From assembly GCA_016748015.1 (NCBI GenBank), contig JAAOMT010000198.1, forward strand, positions 356,797 through 420,796: 64,000 nucleotides of DNA, read 5' to 3'. The notes under the pieces are model-generated. The model searched no databases. It was given only the letters and a program-made list of their open reading frames with translations, and was not told the origin of the DNA. Each line of letters starts with the position of its first letter. Positions within the stretch are counted from its first letter, which is position 1. A program made the translations under genes and the position numbers. Of this stretch, positions 24,601 through 38,719 are shown piece by piece. The DNA comes from Geosiphon pyriformis uo1. Taxonomy: Eukaryota > Fungi > Glomeromycota.

Positions 24601-26317
24601 AGTGAATTCTTCGAACAATTTTTTGGCTGGTATGGTCTTTATTTTTTTTGGGTGTGATTTGTCTCTGGATGGCTCTCTGGTCAGTGTTTTTTGTCTCTGT
24701 GGTGGAACTTCTTTGTCTTTTGTTCTTGATGAGTCTGTGTATTGTAAATATGTCACTTCTTTTTGGCATTATGAAGTTGCTTTCATAGAGCAATTGCATG
24801 ACTGGAATGGTGTTGTTTTTGATTAAAAGACATTCAAATATTGGAAGCAGTTGGATTCTCATGGCCCAGTTTTCCTGTGGTTTAAGTTATCGGTTTGCTT
24901 TCTTGTTGGGGTGGATTTTTTGTCTGTCTATTCTCTACCTTTGGATGGCTGCTTCTCTTTTAACATTCTTTAGTCTGATGGGTTTGGTATTGTTAGTAAT
25001 AGTCTCTTGAGTATTGATGCTAGTCACCTGTCTGTGTATATGGATGGGTCTCTTAGTGGATTGGAGACTTTAAGTATGAAGGCTGGTGCCACTGTTTTTT
25101 TCAAGAATGTGGGTTTAGGTTTGGGTGTAGGGGTGTCTGATTTAGTTTCTTCTATCATGATGGAGTTGCAGGCTATTGCTTTGGCTCTTGAGTGTGTTCC
25201 TCTTTTTTATTATGTGAATTTGTTCTCGGATAGTCAAGCTGCTTTAGATGCATGCAAGATGGAGTCTTTGTTGGTTTGCCCAGATTTTAGGAATTGGTGT
25301 TGGATCAAATGTCATCACATCTTGAATGTTATCCATTGTAAGAATTTAGTTGTTAATTGGGTCAAAGTTAAAGGTCACTCAGGTGTCTTGGACAATGAGC
25401 ATGTTGATAAACTGGCTAAGGATGCTGTGTTTTCGGATTGGTTTCTGTCTTACTTGGTTGGTGAGCATTTTCTAAAGGCAGGTGGTACTGCAGTTTCTGG
25501 CAACTCTAAACATTTTGTTCGTGATGTTTTTAGGTCTGTTCATCAAACACATTATGAAATTGGTTCTGGTTTACGGGTCATGATGGGCAGTTTGCGTGCT
25601 GATATTAATTGGTACAGATCATCTTTGGTTTGGCACCCAGATTCTCACTTAGCTGCTGGTTTTACTAGCATGCAGACTGCTGGCTTCCAGACATATTTCA
25701 TGAAGGTTCTACATTATTAGCTTCCTGTTGCTGTATGCAAACAACTCTATGATAAGTGTTATTTCAGTGTAGTATGTTTGTTCTGTGATGATATTGAAGT
25801 TTCAGACCACATCTTTTTTTGTACTTTCAATGCTGTTGCACACATTCAGCTGTTGGATGCTCATGCTTCTGCTTAGTTGGTGTATTCTGATTTGTTTTGT
25901 TCTTCTTTATGCATTGTGCAGTTGTTGGCTACTTGCGCTGCTAACATAAAAGTTGGCTCTGCTTTGTGTAAGAGTTTTGTCTTTAATGAATGGTACCGTG
26001 AATCTGTTACTGTTTTCAAGGACTCAAAAATTGCAAGTCTCAATATTGTGAGTTTTGTACATGAGCTTTGTCTTGCTTTCCAGGAGGATATCTGGTTGGT
26101 TCGCACCAAACACCAGACTTTTATGGAAAAAAACAATCTGATTCTACGTGATGGTTCCATTCCCATTTTGGTTGCTGGCCTTTTTTCAGTGTTTTTGGCT
26201 GGTGTGATTAAGTTGTTGGGAATTGCAAATGTTTTGGGTGTTGGTTTTGGGTTTTATAAATCTTGTTTGTTTTTTTCGGGTATTGGGGACTTGGTCTCTG
26301 TTAATATAGGTGTATAG
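21629..26317 (+). pseudogene. LINE B ORF2 (APE-RT-RNase H-CCHC)
   Basis: TETK, SGDFNE, IDYVF, QDMHKAYDSV, AFVD(N/D), VYMDGS..ELQAI..SDSQ..KVKGHSG and CLFC..SDHIF motifs. Confidence 0.92.
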
Positions 26318-29079
26318 TGTTGTTCTGATCAACCTGAATGGCTAGTCATGTGTTGATAATGCATGATTCGCACTTAGTTTAGATCATTTATATAATATAT
26401 GATACTAGGCCACATTTGGATCTTACTCATTAAACATAATAAAAATAAAAAAAAAGTTTTAAAAGATATTTAAAAACACTTATATAAGTATTTAAAAATA
26501 AAACAGACAAAAAAAAAACTATAACAAAATCTAAAAAAAAAGAAATTTGAACCAATAAACCAAATAAAACATTTAAATAATTACTACTAATTATTTAAAC
26601 CCAAAAAACAGGACAAAAAAATCGGAATAAATAATAAAAACCAATTTTTTAGCATATATAATAACAAATTTTAATTTATTTAAATTCAAAAAATGAAATT
26701 TGGACTTGTTTCTAAAAACCAATAACATTTTAATAATACAAATAGATAAAACACAATTATATTTTTTGCAGATTAAGCAAAAAAATGAGTTTAATTTAGT
26801 CTATTTTAGACTGGTGTTTTTAAATATAAAATTAATACTAAAGTTAATATTATATTAATTTTAAAAACAAAACAAATAATAGCATACTTAGTTTATATAT
26901 ATATAATTAAATAAAAATTAATAATACAAATTTTTTTATTAATAAATTCACAAAGTTTTACAAATTATAAATAGTTATTCTTATTAGCAAAGTATAAAAC
27001 AAAGTTTTGTACATATTTTTTATATCTTATAAAGTTTTGTCTATATTGATTCTAACTATTTAAACAATGTTTTTAATAATAAAAATAGATTATTTAAATA
27101 TTAAAAGATTAGTTTAATTTTAATTACCAAATTTTATCAAAGTTTTTTGTTAAAATTTTATCAATTATATCTTAATTAATTTAATATTTTTAAATTTAAT
27201 TAATGTAATATGTATAATTATTTTAAATGTTCTTATTAAAATTTTTTTAATTATTATAGTCTAATTTGTGTAATTATTTATTAAATACTTAAAATTAGTG
27301 TTTATTTTTATTTTTATTGTTTTTAGTCAAATTTAATGTTTTTAATATAGTTTTTTCTAATATAAAAATTACATAGATAATTTTATTAAATTTTGAAAAA
27401 ATAAAGATCTTTTTAAAATTATTTATATTTGAAAAAAATATTAATTAATTTAAGTTTGTTTTAAAATAATTTCTTTAATAACTAAAAATTTTTTAATAAG
27501 TATATTTATATTAAGTTTGAAAAAAAAAACTTTGTGTTTTTATTTATATTAAAATTAAAAAAGCCAAAAAAAAACCATTTATTATATTAATATTAATATT
27601 ATTACCAAATTTGAAACTAATATTAACTGAAAAAAATACTGTTATTTTTATTACTAGACTTATTCATATTTCAAAAACATATCAAAATTAAATAAAAATT
27701 TGATTAAAAAAATACTTTTATTATTATTAATGTATTTAATATTATTAAATAAAATCTTTTTTCTGAAAAAATAAACTATTTACTAAACTGTAAAGTGCTT
27801 TTTTAAACACTTTTTTTTTAAAATAATACTATTAGAAACAATTATTAGATTTATTACAAAAAAATTAGTTTTTGTAAAATTATAATAAAAATAAATTTTT
27901 ATTTTAAAATTGATTTTTTAAAAATTTTGAAATAAACAAAAAAAACTGTTTTTATATTTATATTTTTTTTTTTGAATTTTTAATGTTTGAATTTTTCTAA
28001 TTTTTAATATTTGAATTTTTCCAATTTTTAATAATTTAAGATAATTATAATATATATTAATATTTATGATATACAAAATAATTATAATATATATTAATAT
28101 TAATAATATATTAAAATAATTTTAATACATAAAAATAAATAATTATAAATAAAGCTTTTAAAACAAAACAGTTTTATTATTAATATAATTTATATAAAAT
28201 ATTAAAAAAATTAATTTTAAATATAAAAAAGTTTATTATTAAATTAATTAACAATTTTTTTGAAATTTTAATTTATATATGTATATTCTTTTTGAATTTT
28301 GTTATTTAAAATAAAATATTAATAAATTAATGACAAATTATTATTATTATTATTAACATATTTTTGGTTTTATAAGTTATAAAAGTTTTATTATTATATA
28401 ATAAACACAAATTTTATTAAATATATACAAATACTTAACTTTAAAAAAATTTATATAAATTATTAATTATGTATACACAGATTTTTAAATAATTTTTGAT
28501 TTAAAATAAATATTAATACCAGTAATTTAGAATTATATTAATTAAAGCTAAAATTTTAAAGTAAACAATAATATATTGTTACAAAACAAATTTTAGTTTA
28601 ATAGCAACAATTTTATTAATCACAAAGAACAAGATATTTTAAATTTTATATCTTTGACCTTTTAATCATAAATTTTTTGTAAATAAAATTGATTTTTAAA
28701 TACATGTTAAAGATTTAAAAATATTGAATTACTCCTTAATATACATTATATATTAAAAATTTTGAAGTCATTCTTATTGTCACAATTCTAAAATGTATGG
28801 GTCTATCCAAAATTGATGCTCGAAATTAACAAATATATAATAGAAAATGTACATCTATCTGCGATAATCCTTTGCAGTTGATATAGTTACATTGGTGTTG
28901 TTTTCTGTAACAGGGTCATGGACCAGTTGAGGAGAGTCTTTCCCGACTTCCACATGATTACTTATTAAAGAAGTATTCAGTAGTTCACCGACCGTCATCG
29001 ATGATTTAGAAAATAAGGTTAATCTTTGATTCGGCTTTGTAGAACGTTAAATTTGGAAGAGTTAAATCAATAATTTTTG

Positions 29080-30308
29080 TTACCGGAAATTTCCAGTTTC
29101 AGCCATCGATATATCATCTGCTGACCTAGAGCCAGGTAGAGGTAGTAATGATAATTCTGAATCTTCGTTTGAGGTGTCATTTGAAAAATTTTTCCGTGAT
29201 GCAGGTTTACAGAAACCTATAGATACAAATATATTGAAAACAATACTAGAAATCTTATTGATTACTGGCCTGTGGAAAGGATATATATATATATATATAT
29301 ATTTCGTTTAGCATATTGTATATTATATAAATCAAATAAAAAAGCACATTTTTACAGACCTGATGAATTCTGGAAAAAAAACCGAAAAACTAAACCCTTC
29401 ACTTTGATCTCCACGTCGTCCATTGGCGTAAATTCTGAAAAACCGAAGATATATCCAAGATATCATCCAACTAAATTCAATAAGAGATTTCTGTGATTGA
29501 GCCTCAAATACGACAAAGTATAAGTTACTAAGTCCAAGCAACGCTCCGGGGAGATTCTATTCAGTATATGTGAGAAATAAAATATAAAATATACCAAATT
29601 AATCACCAACTACCACCAGGTGAAACCATACCTTTATACGAACAGATAAATTGATTGGAAAAGGTTGAATCATCATTTCAGGATCAAGTTGCATTAAGCC
29701 AATTAAAAACCCCATGGCTAATCCTACCATTCCGTTCAATTTTGATTCATAACTGTAAAGTGAAATAAGAATTTAAGGAAAAACATGCTTCAAAAATTGA
29801 AAAGCCGCTATATCATTTACGTGTAATACTCACAGATAAAACGTGTTTTTGGTCAATGCATATTCAATGAGATATACAGAGCATCCAGCCAAATTGGATC
29901 CAACGGCCACGATGGCAACAAATTTCAGAAATTCCCGAGATCCCCATACGCGTTCAAGACGAGTTCCAAAAACAAGCATAACAACCATGCTCCCGAGAAA
30001 CTAGAAAGCAGAGCGGTAAGAATCTCGTTACCGGGTCTTGAAGGTTGAAACTAGGCTGACATTAATCCATCAATCCATCCATCCATCCTACCTACTGTAG
30101 TCAGATTAGTTTCCATGAAGGGGGCAGTAAGAAACGTCCATAAGTGTTTTCCTGCAAACCCGGGCACTGTGATTAGGAAAACCAGTGGATTTGTGGAGGC
30201 TGCCGGGTCTTCAAGCCATTGTCGATAACGTAATACTGCTCCCAAGGTAGACAGCAAAAATATTACAAGAGCGAACAGAGTGGTGCAAGGTGCAAAGTTT
30301 GAGAACAT
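29080..30308 (-). CDS. TMEM115/DUF1751-like Golgi membrane protein (rhomboid-like), five exons
   Basis: GT-AG exons 30308-30096, 30000-29834, 29752-29632, 29556-29360 and 29269-29080 give an open 295-aa protein with WTFLTAPF, LERVWGSREF, SWIYLRFF and RGDQSEGFSFSVFFP. The 3' end could be extended by a further exon. Confidence 0.85.
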
Positions 30309-31115
30309 GACGAATTTGAGTCAAATGAAGGTCTTGAAATTTGAAAGAGGTGATATTGTTCTTTTAAGGAAAGAAATGCAATTTGATCTCATCTTTCTCG
30401 GATCGCCAGTAAGTAATATCCTGCTATATTACAGTATTAACAAGACGATATAGGTGATTTTCGTTAACGGCTATACGATTATCTTTTCAACGTTTGAAAA
30501 ATGTCCGGGAAATCGGTTTGGGAGTCATACAAATCACTCTCTCCGCGTACGCGCCTATATCTGGGATTAGGTTTATAACAAAGTTCTTTTTTTTTAGCTT
30601 TCAAGCATGGCAATTAATACGTTGTGTGACATATTACTAAGCCTAGTGTATGAAATGCGTAAACGTAAAACCAAATCATAGGGGGAATCGCGATTTCATT
30701 AGCGGGTATTTATTTAAGTGATAAACTTGAAGAAAGATACCCAGACGAAATACCGATACTATCTCCGCAATCAAAGAACGTTCCCAATACAAAAAAGTAT
30801 GATGCATTGGCCGAAGAAAAATAACTTTGGGAGAATCAACCAATCAACATTATAAACGCTACGAATTTTATAAAACCAAAAATGTGGTAATTTATTTTAT
30901 TTTTATTATTATTATTCTTTTTATTTTTTTAAACAGAAAATTTTCGAATAGTATCTCTTCGACATTAAAAAGTAGATACGATTTTAATCTAGTTTTAGGA
31001 AATAAAGCTAAAGACGAAATTACCTTCCTTTTTCTCATTATCATCTACTTGCTGCTAAAGTTTCTGCAACTTTAAAAGTCATGATTAAAGAATCTGGTAA
31101 AAGGCATGTATTAAT

Positions 31116-32259
31116 TTAAAGATTTTTTCTTATAGGCAAAGGTGATGATGAAATCATTGGGATCAAATCATCCTTTTTTTGTAGAATAACCGTCAGGAAA
31201 TTCTTGAGTAATCCCGCTCTTTGTCTTGCCGGGAGATCCCTGTCTGATGTACTTGAATCTACAAGTAAAAATATTTGAAGTGTTAATATTTTCGAAAAAC
31301 CCAAGCATTATTTGCAGGAATTTCATTTATGATCATGGTTTCCAAATTAAATAAAAACAAACCAAAAGATGGCAATGCATTATCATTCGCACTCAATGAA
31401 ATAAAATAAACAAATGGAACAAGCCACACACAAATTCCAAAGAATGCGGCGATATCCATAAATGTGAAATAACGAGATGTAAAATATTGAAACCAAAGAA
31501 AATGGTCAAGCAGTACAAGGACTAAATCCAAATCGATTTCAAAGGAGAAAGAATTGTATATGAGATTCAAATAAAATTTAAATAGAATTAAAAAATTTCA
31601 ATTTAATTACCGCAACCAGCCATGAATGGTAAACTGGTCAAATTGATGAAAGGAAAAGTCTTCAGATTCAATGTGTAAATCCCATGACATATGATCGAGA
31701 AGACAGTACGCCCAAACGGGAAACCATCAAAAAGCCATAATAATATATGTGAAACTACCACGAACTTTTCAGAGTTTCACATTATCGAAGGGATGAATAG
31801 AAATTGATCAGTGACACATAATTGAGAAATAGAGCATAAAATTGTTAAAATTGAACAAGCACACACCCCTGTTATATTTTTTATGATCTTTCTTGTTATT
31901 ACTGTATATTCTTCGACAAGTTCGGCTAAAGAGGTTAGGACATGTAAATTAATAGGTGTGTCCAATAAAAAATTTCCAATGGGGGAAAGAAAAAACACGT
32001 TAGAAAACTTTCTCAAAAAAACGTCCTTCTAAAAAAGAAGGACAAGCAAAAAATCACACGTACCGAGATAATATAGACCACAAGCTAAGTTGAAGTCGAG
32101 TAAATGTAGTGTAGTGTTTGCATGAAATCATATGGAGATACAATGCTATTGAGGAATAATGGCTTTAAAGGTAAGTGAGAAATGGTTACCTAAACTTAAA
32201 GTTACAAATATGAACGCGATGACCGCGCCGACATATGATAGTATGTGGAGGAAACTCAT
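31116..32259 (-). CDS. SVP26: Svp26/TEX261-like ER-Golgi transmembrane adaptor, six exons
   Basis: Exons 32259-32190, 32084-32064, 31925-31867, 31764-31611, 31521-31363 and 31258-31116; LSLACGLYYLAELVEEYT, DHFLWF and FGICVWLVPF..ISLSANDNALP. Confidence 0.9.
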
Positions 32260-32569
32260 TTTTAAGTAAATAAATAAGTTAGCATTTGAAGTGACAAGTA
32301 CGGCAGGAAAAAAACGAAAAGGTGAGAAAGGTCATACTCTAAGAAAGTTGGAATTTATGTGACACGCGTACCCCTGAAATTGATTAACATTCATATAATG
32401 TAGTGTTATATAAAATCATTTGAGATTTATCATTTTATGGGCACTTTTTTACTATCGACAAAGAAAAGATTAATAGATTTTCAAACTGTAACAGAATCTG
32501 ATCTACCAATATTATTTTAGGCTGTCATATTACAAATTGTGATTCCTCACAAATGTTTTCATACTCTTT

Positions 32570-33445
32570 TTAAACCTGTCGTCCAATATTCCAACCCATT
32601 TTTTGTAACTTTTTTACTAAAGGCGGGGTAATAGCAGCGGTTAATCCTAATCTCAACGGAACTAAAAGCTTATGTATCCCATATGCAATTAAAAACGTAC
32701 TCATCCATGATGACATTTGTTTCATGTTTTTTCCGCTCTCATTACTATCACCAAAGTTACCTTCTTGTTGTGATTTACTAGTTTTAGCAATTTGTCCACC
32801 ATCTTCGCTTTCCTTTTTATTTTGAGGATTTTTTGGCATGTTAGGGATAGTAAGCCACCTATCAAAAATTTTCTTCATCCAATCCTCAATCTTTTTCACT
32901 CGTTCCCCACCACCAACCTGAATTACGAAAAAGGTACCAGCCAAGTCTAACGTTGATATCACCGTATATACCACTAGAGCTGAAACCCCATATTGACGTG
33001 TTAGTAATTTAATCCGTGCTGTGATTGATAGTTTGTTGCCTGAATTCTCAATTCTTGTAGTTGTATTTGTGGTGGTGTTACGACTTCCATTCATTTTGAA
33101 ATGAGGAAAGCGAGCAAAGATTGAATTTTTGGAGTTGTAAAAAGGTAATAATAAAGGCTTTCTAGAAATTGATTTGTTGAATAAGAAAAATGTTGGTGGT
33201 GTGTGTGAAAGTTGAAAGTAAGTGGCAACTTTAGGAGTTTGACTAAAGAATAGGGCTAATTTAGCCATATACGAGAAATTTATGGAATTTTTTGAAGGGA
33301 TTTTTGTTGTAGATGAAAGAAAGGAAGTAGCTTTAGTTTTGTTCAAAGAAGACTTTATTATCATTGCTAAAGTCGCGTTTAGAAGAGAGTTTACTTTCGT
33401 AGCCGAGTTTTCTAGCTGAGAAATACGTTGCAAATTTCGAAGCAT
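32570..33445 (-). CDS. DUF1279 (FAM210/Nat2-like) probable mitochondrial membrane protein
   Basis: Open 291-aa ORF with a basic, Ser-rich N-terminus; IKLLTRQYG..VY..ISTLD and AYGIHKLLVPLRLGLTAAITP. Confidence 0.88.
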   Translation of the reverse strand: MLRNLQRISQLENSATKVNSLLNATLAMIIKSSLNKTKATSFLSSTTKIPSKNSINFSYMAKLALFFSQTPKVATYFQLSHTPPTFFLFNKSISRKPLLLPFYNSKNSIFARFPHFKMNGSRNTTTNTTTRIENSGNKLSITARIKLLTRQYGVSALVVYTVISTLDLAGTFFVIQVGGGERVKKIEDWMKKIFDRWLTIPNMPKNPQNKKESEDGGQIAKTSKSQQEGNFGDSNESGKNMKQMSSWMSTFLIAYGIHKLLVPLRLGLTAAITPPLVKKLQKMGWNIGRQV

Positions 33446-33742
33446 GATGTAAAAAATGGGGAAGTTGGTTGAAATTTGAAATGAATTATTTTGATGAGTC
33501 AGACAAGTTTTATTATCCGATCTCTTTTAGGAAGGACTTTAGACGGAATAAAAAATATTATGTTATATTTTTAAATATAATAATTAAACTATTATTTTAA
33601 ATTAATTAACTTTTTTTATTATTAAAAATAGTAAAATAATATAATACTAAAAATTTTAAAAATATTAACAAAAATGCCAAAAATACTAATAATAACCAAA
33701 AAACTAAAAATATAAAACATTTTATATAATCAAAGTTATATA

Positions 33743-34710
33743 CAATCAGATTTTCATAAAAGAACCCTCAATAAAAGAACAACCTCTTACAAAAAACATT
33801 TTTTTATAGAACTAATTGATTAATTAACAATTTATAAAGGGACAAAACATAATTTTATCAAATATTTATTTAAAATTTACTTTTATATAAGAACAAATAT
33901 TATATGCTAGATATTAATTAATAATTGAAAAAAGAGTTGAATTAATTTCATTCTAACTTTTTTTAAATCAATTTACATTGAACTTGTTTTTTTTTAATCT
34001 TATCTGTTTTTACATATAATTATTTAGCTTTTATTGTATTCCAATTTAGATTTGCTAAACCAAATTTAATAATATTATTATAAGCACATTTTCTAACAAA
34101 CTTGCTAAATTATTACAATGTTAAAATTTTTATTCAAAAAACAAAAATAAATAACAGTTAATAATGTTCTTTGTAAAAAAATTTGTTAATATTCCAAAAA
34201 TTATTATGACATAAAAAATAATAATATTATAATCTAGTTTAATCATAAATATTCAAAACTTTATATTTTTTATCTAATTGTTTTCAAGATAATTAAAAAA
34301 CATATAAAGTAGTTAAATATTAAAATTAATAAAATTTCAAAAAGATTTATTTGACATAAAAACATTAAATTTTAATTATTAAACCAAGTTTTAAATTATT
34401 GTATAGAACAGCAGTCATTATTAAATTCAATAATCAATTAATTAAAAAAAAAAAAAAATTTGCCAAATTTCTTGGTATACATAAAAATAAAATACAATTC
34501 TCAAATAAATGGTTTTAAAAATTCAAAAAACAAAACCAGTTATATATTTATTAATTTTATGATAAAGCAAAAAGTGTATTAACTGAAAGTTTATTAAAAA
34601 AATAAAAAAAAATAAAAATTATTATATTTGAATTTGATTTTACTAATATATATACTAAAAAAACAAAATTATTTTTTTATATAAAACTAAATTAAACACT
34701 TATAAAATAT
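33743..34710 (+). mobile_element. Highly eroded pogo/Tigger-like DNA transposon relic
   Basis: TA|CAATCAG terminus with repeated ATAAAAGAAC; 34459-34700 translates to FAKFLG..QFSNKWF*KFKKQNQL...YDKAKS...IYTKKTKLFF, collinear with the transposase at 48300-48545. Confidence 0.7.
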
Positions 34711-35900
34711 TAAAATACAAAAAAAAATTAGTATATTATATTTATTACTTGTTATTATTATATATTATTGTTATATTAATTTAATCTTTTTGCTACAAAT
34801 TTAACTAGATCTTACAAATTATAATCTTTAATAATTGAACATATAAAAAATCCAAAATTTTTTAAAAGAATTAATACTTTTAATCTATTTATTATTTACA
34901 AATTTAATTCTAAAACATGGTTCAAATATATAAATAAAGATTTTTGAATTCAAAATTAACATATATTACTTTTAGCTAATAATACAACTTTTTATCATAC
35001 TTAAATTAAAAAAAAATTTATTTCAATTAATCAATATTATTTTGCATTATTTTTTTTAAATACTATATTATATCTTTAATTAATAGATACTAACATTATT
35101 AAATTTTTCAAAGACAAATATAAGCACTTATATTGTTAATATATTTTATATTAATTTGAATAAAAATTAATATTAAACAATTAAGTAATATAATATATAT
35201 AATATTATTATTATTATATATTATATAATTTTATCTAATATTAATTTATTTTTTAAAAATAAATTAAACATAAAACAAGTAATTAATTATGTTGTTCAAT
35301 TATAGTTTTAAGTAATATCTGTTATAATTTAAAACTGTTAACAAAAAACAGATATTTTTTTTTATAATTAAAAATTAAAAATTCAAGAATCTAAAACATT
35401 AATTGTTGTAAATATATTTAATAATTTATCATTAAATGCACAATAATTGGTCAAAAATCTCGAAAAGTGTACTATAACAGTTAATAAATTATTGGCAATT
35501 AAAAATATTCTTAATAATAATAAAATTATAGATATAATTTTAACTAATACTTAAATTAAAACCAATATAATTAATAATTTGAAAAAAAAATTAGAAAATT
35601 TTTACCTGTTTTAATTACAATTACAAAAGCATATAAGGTATTAAAAAAGGTAATTAGATTTAAAAAGCAATTAGCAAAAGAAAATTTAATATAAAAAACC
35701 AAAATTTACTTAGAAAAAAATTATATAAATATGAAAAAATAAAAAAATTCTAAAAAACAGATAATAATTTTTTTATTATTATTATTTAATAAATGAGATT
35801 CAAATATTGTCTAGTTTTATACATCAAAAAATGATTTATACTAGGTGTAAATCATGCTTTTTCTATACGTGACCAGTTACTCAGGCTGATTAGAACAATA

Positions 35901-38719
35901 CTATGCAGCTATACAAACTGAAACCAAATTACTTACTCCAGAAAAAAACAAACAAGATTTGTAAAAGCCAAAATATATGCCAAAAGCTTCAGCTATGCCA
36001 AGTATTTTAACTACATCAGCAGAAAACCTTGAAGCCAAATTAAAAACTGATATGAAAACAGAATTATCTAAGAGAATCAAGCCATTTTTCTCCATATATG
36101 CATGGTATTTAACATGAACTAACCAGATATTATCCCTAAAAGCAAGATTAAGAGAGCACACAAATTCAACAATCTCTTGACAAGCAATCTTGGGATTACA
36201 GAAAATGAAAACAGTCTCACAAAAACAACCATCAAAAACACAACTCTTAAAAAAAGCCATTGATAAAAAGGAATCAGAAACACAGATTGATAACAACTGG
36301 AGCACACTCAAGGAGGAATAAGAGAGACCCAAAAGTGACTTCCAAAAATTCACATGAGATTCTAGTAACTGACACTGAACAGGCTTGTCAACTCTATAGA
36401 AAAACACATGATTTGACACTTCTACTTCATCACAGTACAAGCACAATACATTGAGATAATGTTTATTATAGAGGCACTTATGAATGACCACAGGCAACTG
36501 ATAATGCAAAGCTTTCATAAAATAAATGCACGCATTAGCTAATGCCTTGCTAGTATAACCAGTGGCCATGTGCAAATCAAGATGTTATACTAATAAAGAA
36601 CAGTGCCAATCAACCTCAGAAAGCAAACCACAAGCCAAAAACTTTGAGCCAGAGCCAATTTTCCAATGCATACAACAAACAGAATGATAAATGTTATAAG
36701 CAAAATGTCTAAAATTGCCAGAAATAATATTGCTGTCAGCCACCAAAAATGTTCATTCAGACAAGGAGGAAGAAACCAGTCAGAAATAGAAGTGTCACCA
36801 GTAATCACATTAGTATACTCATTTTTTGGAATGCCAGAGTAATCCTTCATCTTGTGCCAACTAACACTCAAATTTTTACTGCAAATAACATTAACAATAT
36901 GTTGATGCTCAACCCAGCACTAATTATGAAAATCAGGACACACTAAATCCAATTCTGACTTGTAAGCATCCAAAGTGAATTGACTATCCAAAAACAAGTG
37001 AACAGAACTAGACAAAAGAACACACTTCAGAGCTAATACAATAGCTTGCATTTTAGCCAAAGTAGATGACATTAAACCTGATACATCAATGCCCAAACTC
37101 AAATCAATATCTTTGAAAAAAACAACAGCACCAGCCTTGCAGCCAACTGTATCCAAACCCTTTAGAAACCTATCCATATATACAAATAAACTACCAGTAC
37201 CTACCCAAGACAGACAATCACATACAGACACAAAACTGCTTAAGCCAAAAATGTTTAAGAAACCAACACCACTTATCATTGAGGGAAAAGTCAAAAACAA
37301 ATTCACATTATTGAAAAATGCAGAGAAAAGTTTGAACCACTTAGGAACAGGGCCATGGAGGTCCAGTCTCTTCCACCACTTGAATATGTACTAATCAAAA
37401 ACAGCACCATGACAATTATGAAGCTGATCCACAAATGCAATACCATACCATTAAAGAGAAGAAAAAAACTTGAAAAACTTTGGCTTGTCAAGAACAGCAG
37501 ACATAGAAACCCCACCACAAAAACAAAAAAGATTGGCCAGAGAGCCACTAATTAACAGACTGCAGTCATAAAGAACACAAACCATGCCTGTTAAAAAATT
37601 ATTAAAAACACTAACACAAACACAAACAGAAGAGCTCAAAGGATAAACAGAATGCCAACAAAGAACTTGCAAATCATAAAATCTGTAAGAAAACAATCGA
37701 CCCAGAATTCCACCAGAGTTTGCAAAGCTAATAAGGGAAGCAATCTTACTCTCAAATTGAATTTGCACAAAAGATTTCAAACCATAAAAAGAGGGATAGT
37801 GAATTGTATTACTAGGAAAGTCAAAAGGCAGGCCAGACTTGAACTTTAGCCCCTTACAAATTATAGCATCCCATTTGTTGTACATACTAACCAGAATAAA
37901 ACTAAACTGCATTCTATAACTGACTATAGAATAAAGAACTGCTAACACCAAATACAAAAACTGCTTATTTGAGACTGCCTTTTTCAAAACCAAATTGGTA
38001 AAAAAGCAAACATTCAAATGTGCCTTAGCCAAACTAGGCTTTGAAAGATCTTTAGTCAAAAGAAAAGTACTTAAGTACTGATGAGATTCATTCTTTTTAA
38101 CAATAGAGATAGGTGCACTGCTAATAGAGAGAAAAAAAATGCTAACCCTGCTATTAATAAAAATGGCCACTGTTTTATTATTATTGATTGAAATGTCATT
38201 GATCCAAAAAAAATCACTAGCAATATTGAGAATATGCTGAATAGCATTCTGACTGTTACCAATTCAAATTGTATCATCAATGAAGATGCTGGCAGCAAAA
38301 AAAAAAGAAAGCCCAGTCTGAGATTCAGTGTGACCACTTCTGAAAATAAAATAAGAATTCAGCCTATATTCATACACACTTTTCTGGTGCTTGATTTCAC
38401 ACAACAGAGAATTGTAAAATATGCACCACAGAAGAGGAGAAAAAACTTTTTTTTGGTCCAAACCATCATGCACATAATAACCACTTGTCAAACCAAAATC
38501 TATCATAATCCTGTTGATATGATCTCTATAAATACTACCAAAAAATCAAATAAATTTGTTGCACATCTTAATTTTGACCAAACTCTTCTTAAAATGTTCC
38601 CAGCCAACTAAATTGTATGCTTTCTGCATGTTTTGTAAAACCAGCCAAAGCTCCCAGTTCTTTTCCAAAGCATTTTCAATAACTAAACCAATTGCAAAAA
38701 TAAGAGACTGAGTTGACGT
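35901..38719 (-). pseudogene. LINE C ORF2 C-terminal segment (RT, RNase H, CCHC)
   Basis: FIDD, GLDQ..VFSP, VYMD.. and CLYCDEVEVSNH motifs. Confidence 0.88.

Larger units (their letters stand above)
19556..26455 (+). mobile_element. Full-length, uninterrupted LINE B, head-to-head with LINE A
   Basis: 5' region similar to LINE A; ORF1 and ORF2; conserved 3' UTR and A-rich tail. The exact 5' end is uncertain by about 10 nt. Confidence 0.92.

Noticed and set aside
27970-28035. Short tandem repeat tttgaatttt...taat
   Set aside because: Only 2-3 degenerate low-complexity units; no function can be supported.
28855-29075. Open frame downstream of the TMEM115-like stop as an extra exon
   Set aside because: No GT-AG pair of the right phase was found to join it.
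30640-31075. ncRNA or small ORF (30827-31075) between the host genes
   Set aside because: No recognisable tRNA, snRNA or snoRNA motifs; the ORF has a non-ATG start and low complexity; probably UTR or promoter.
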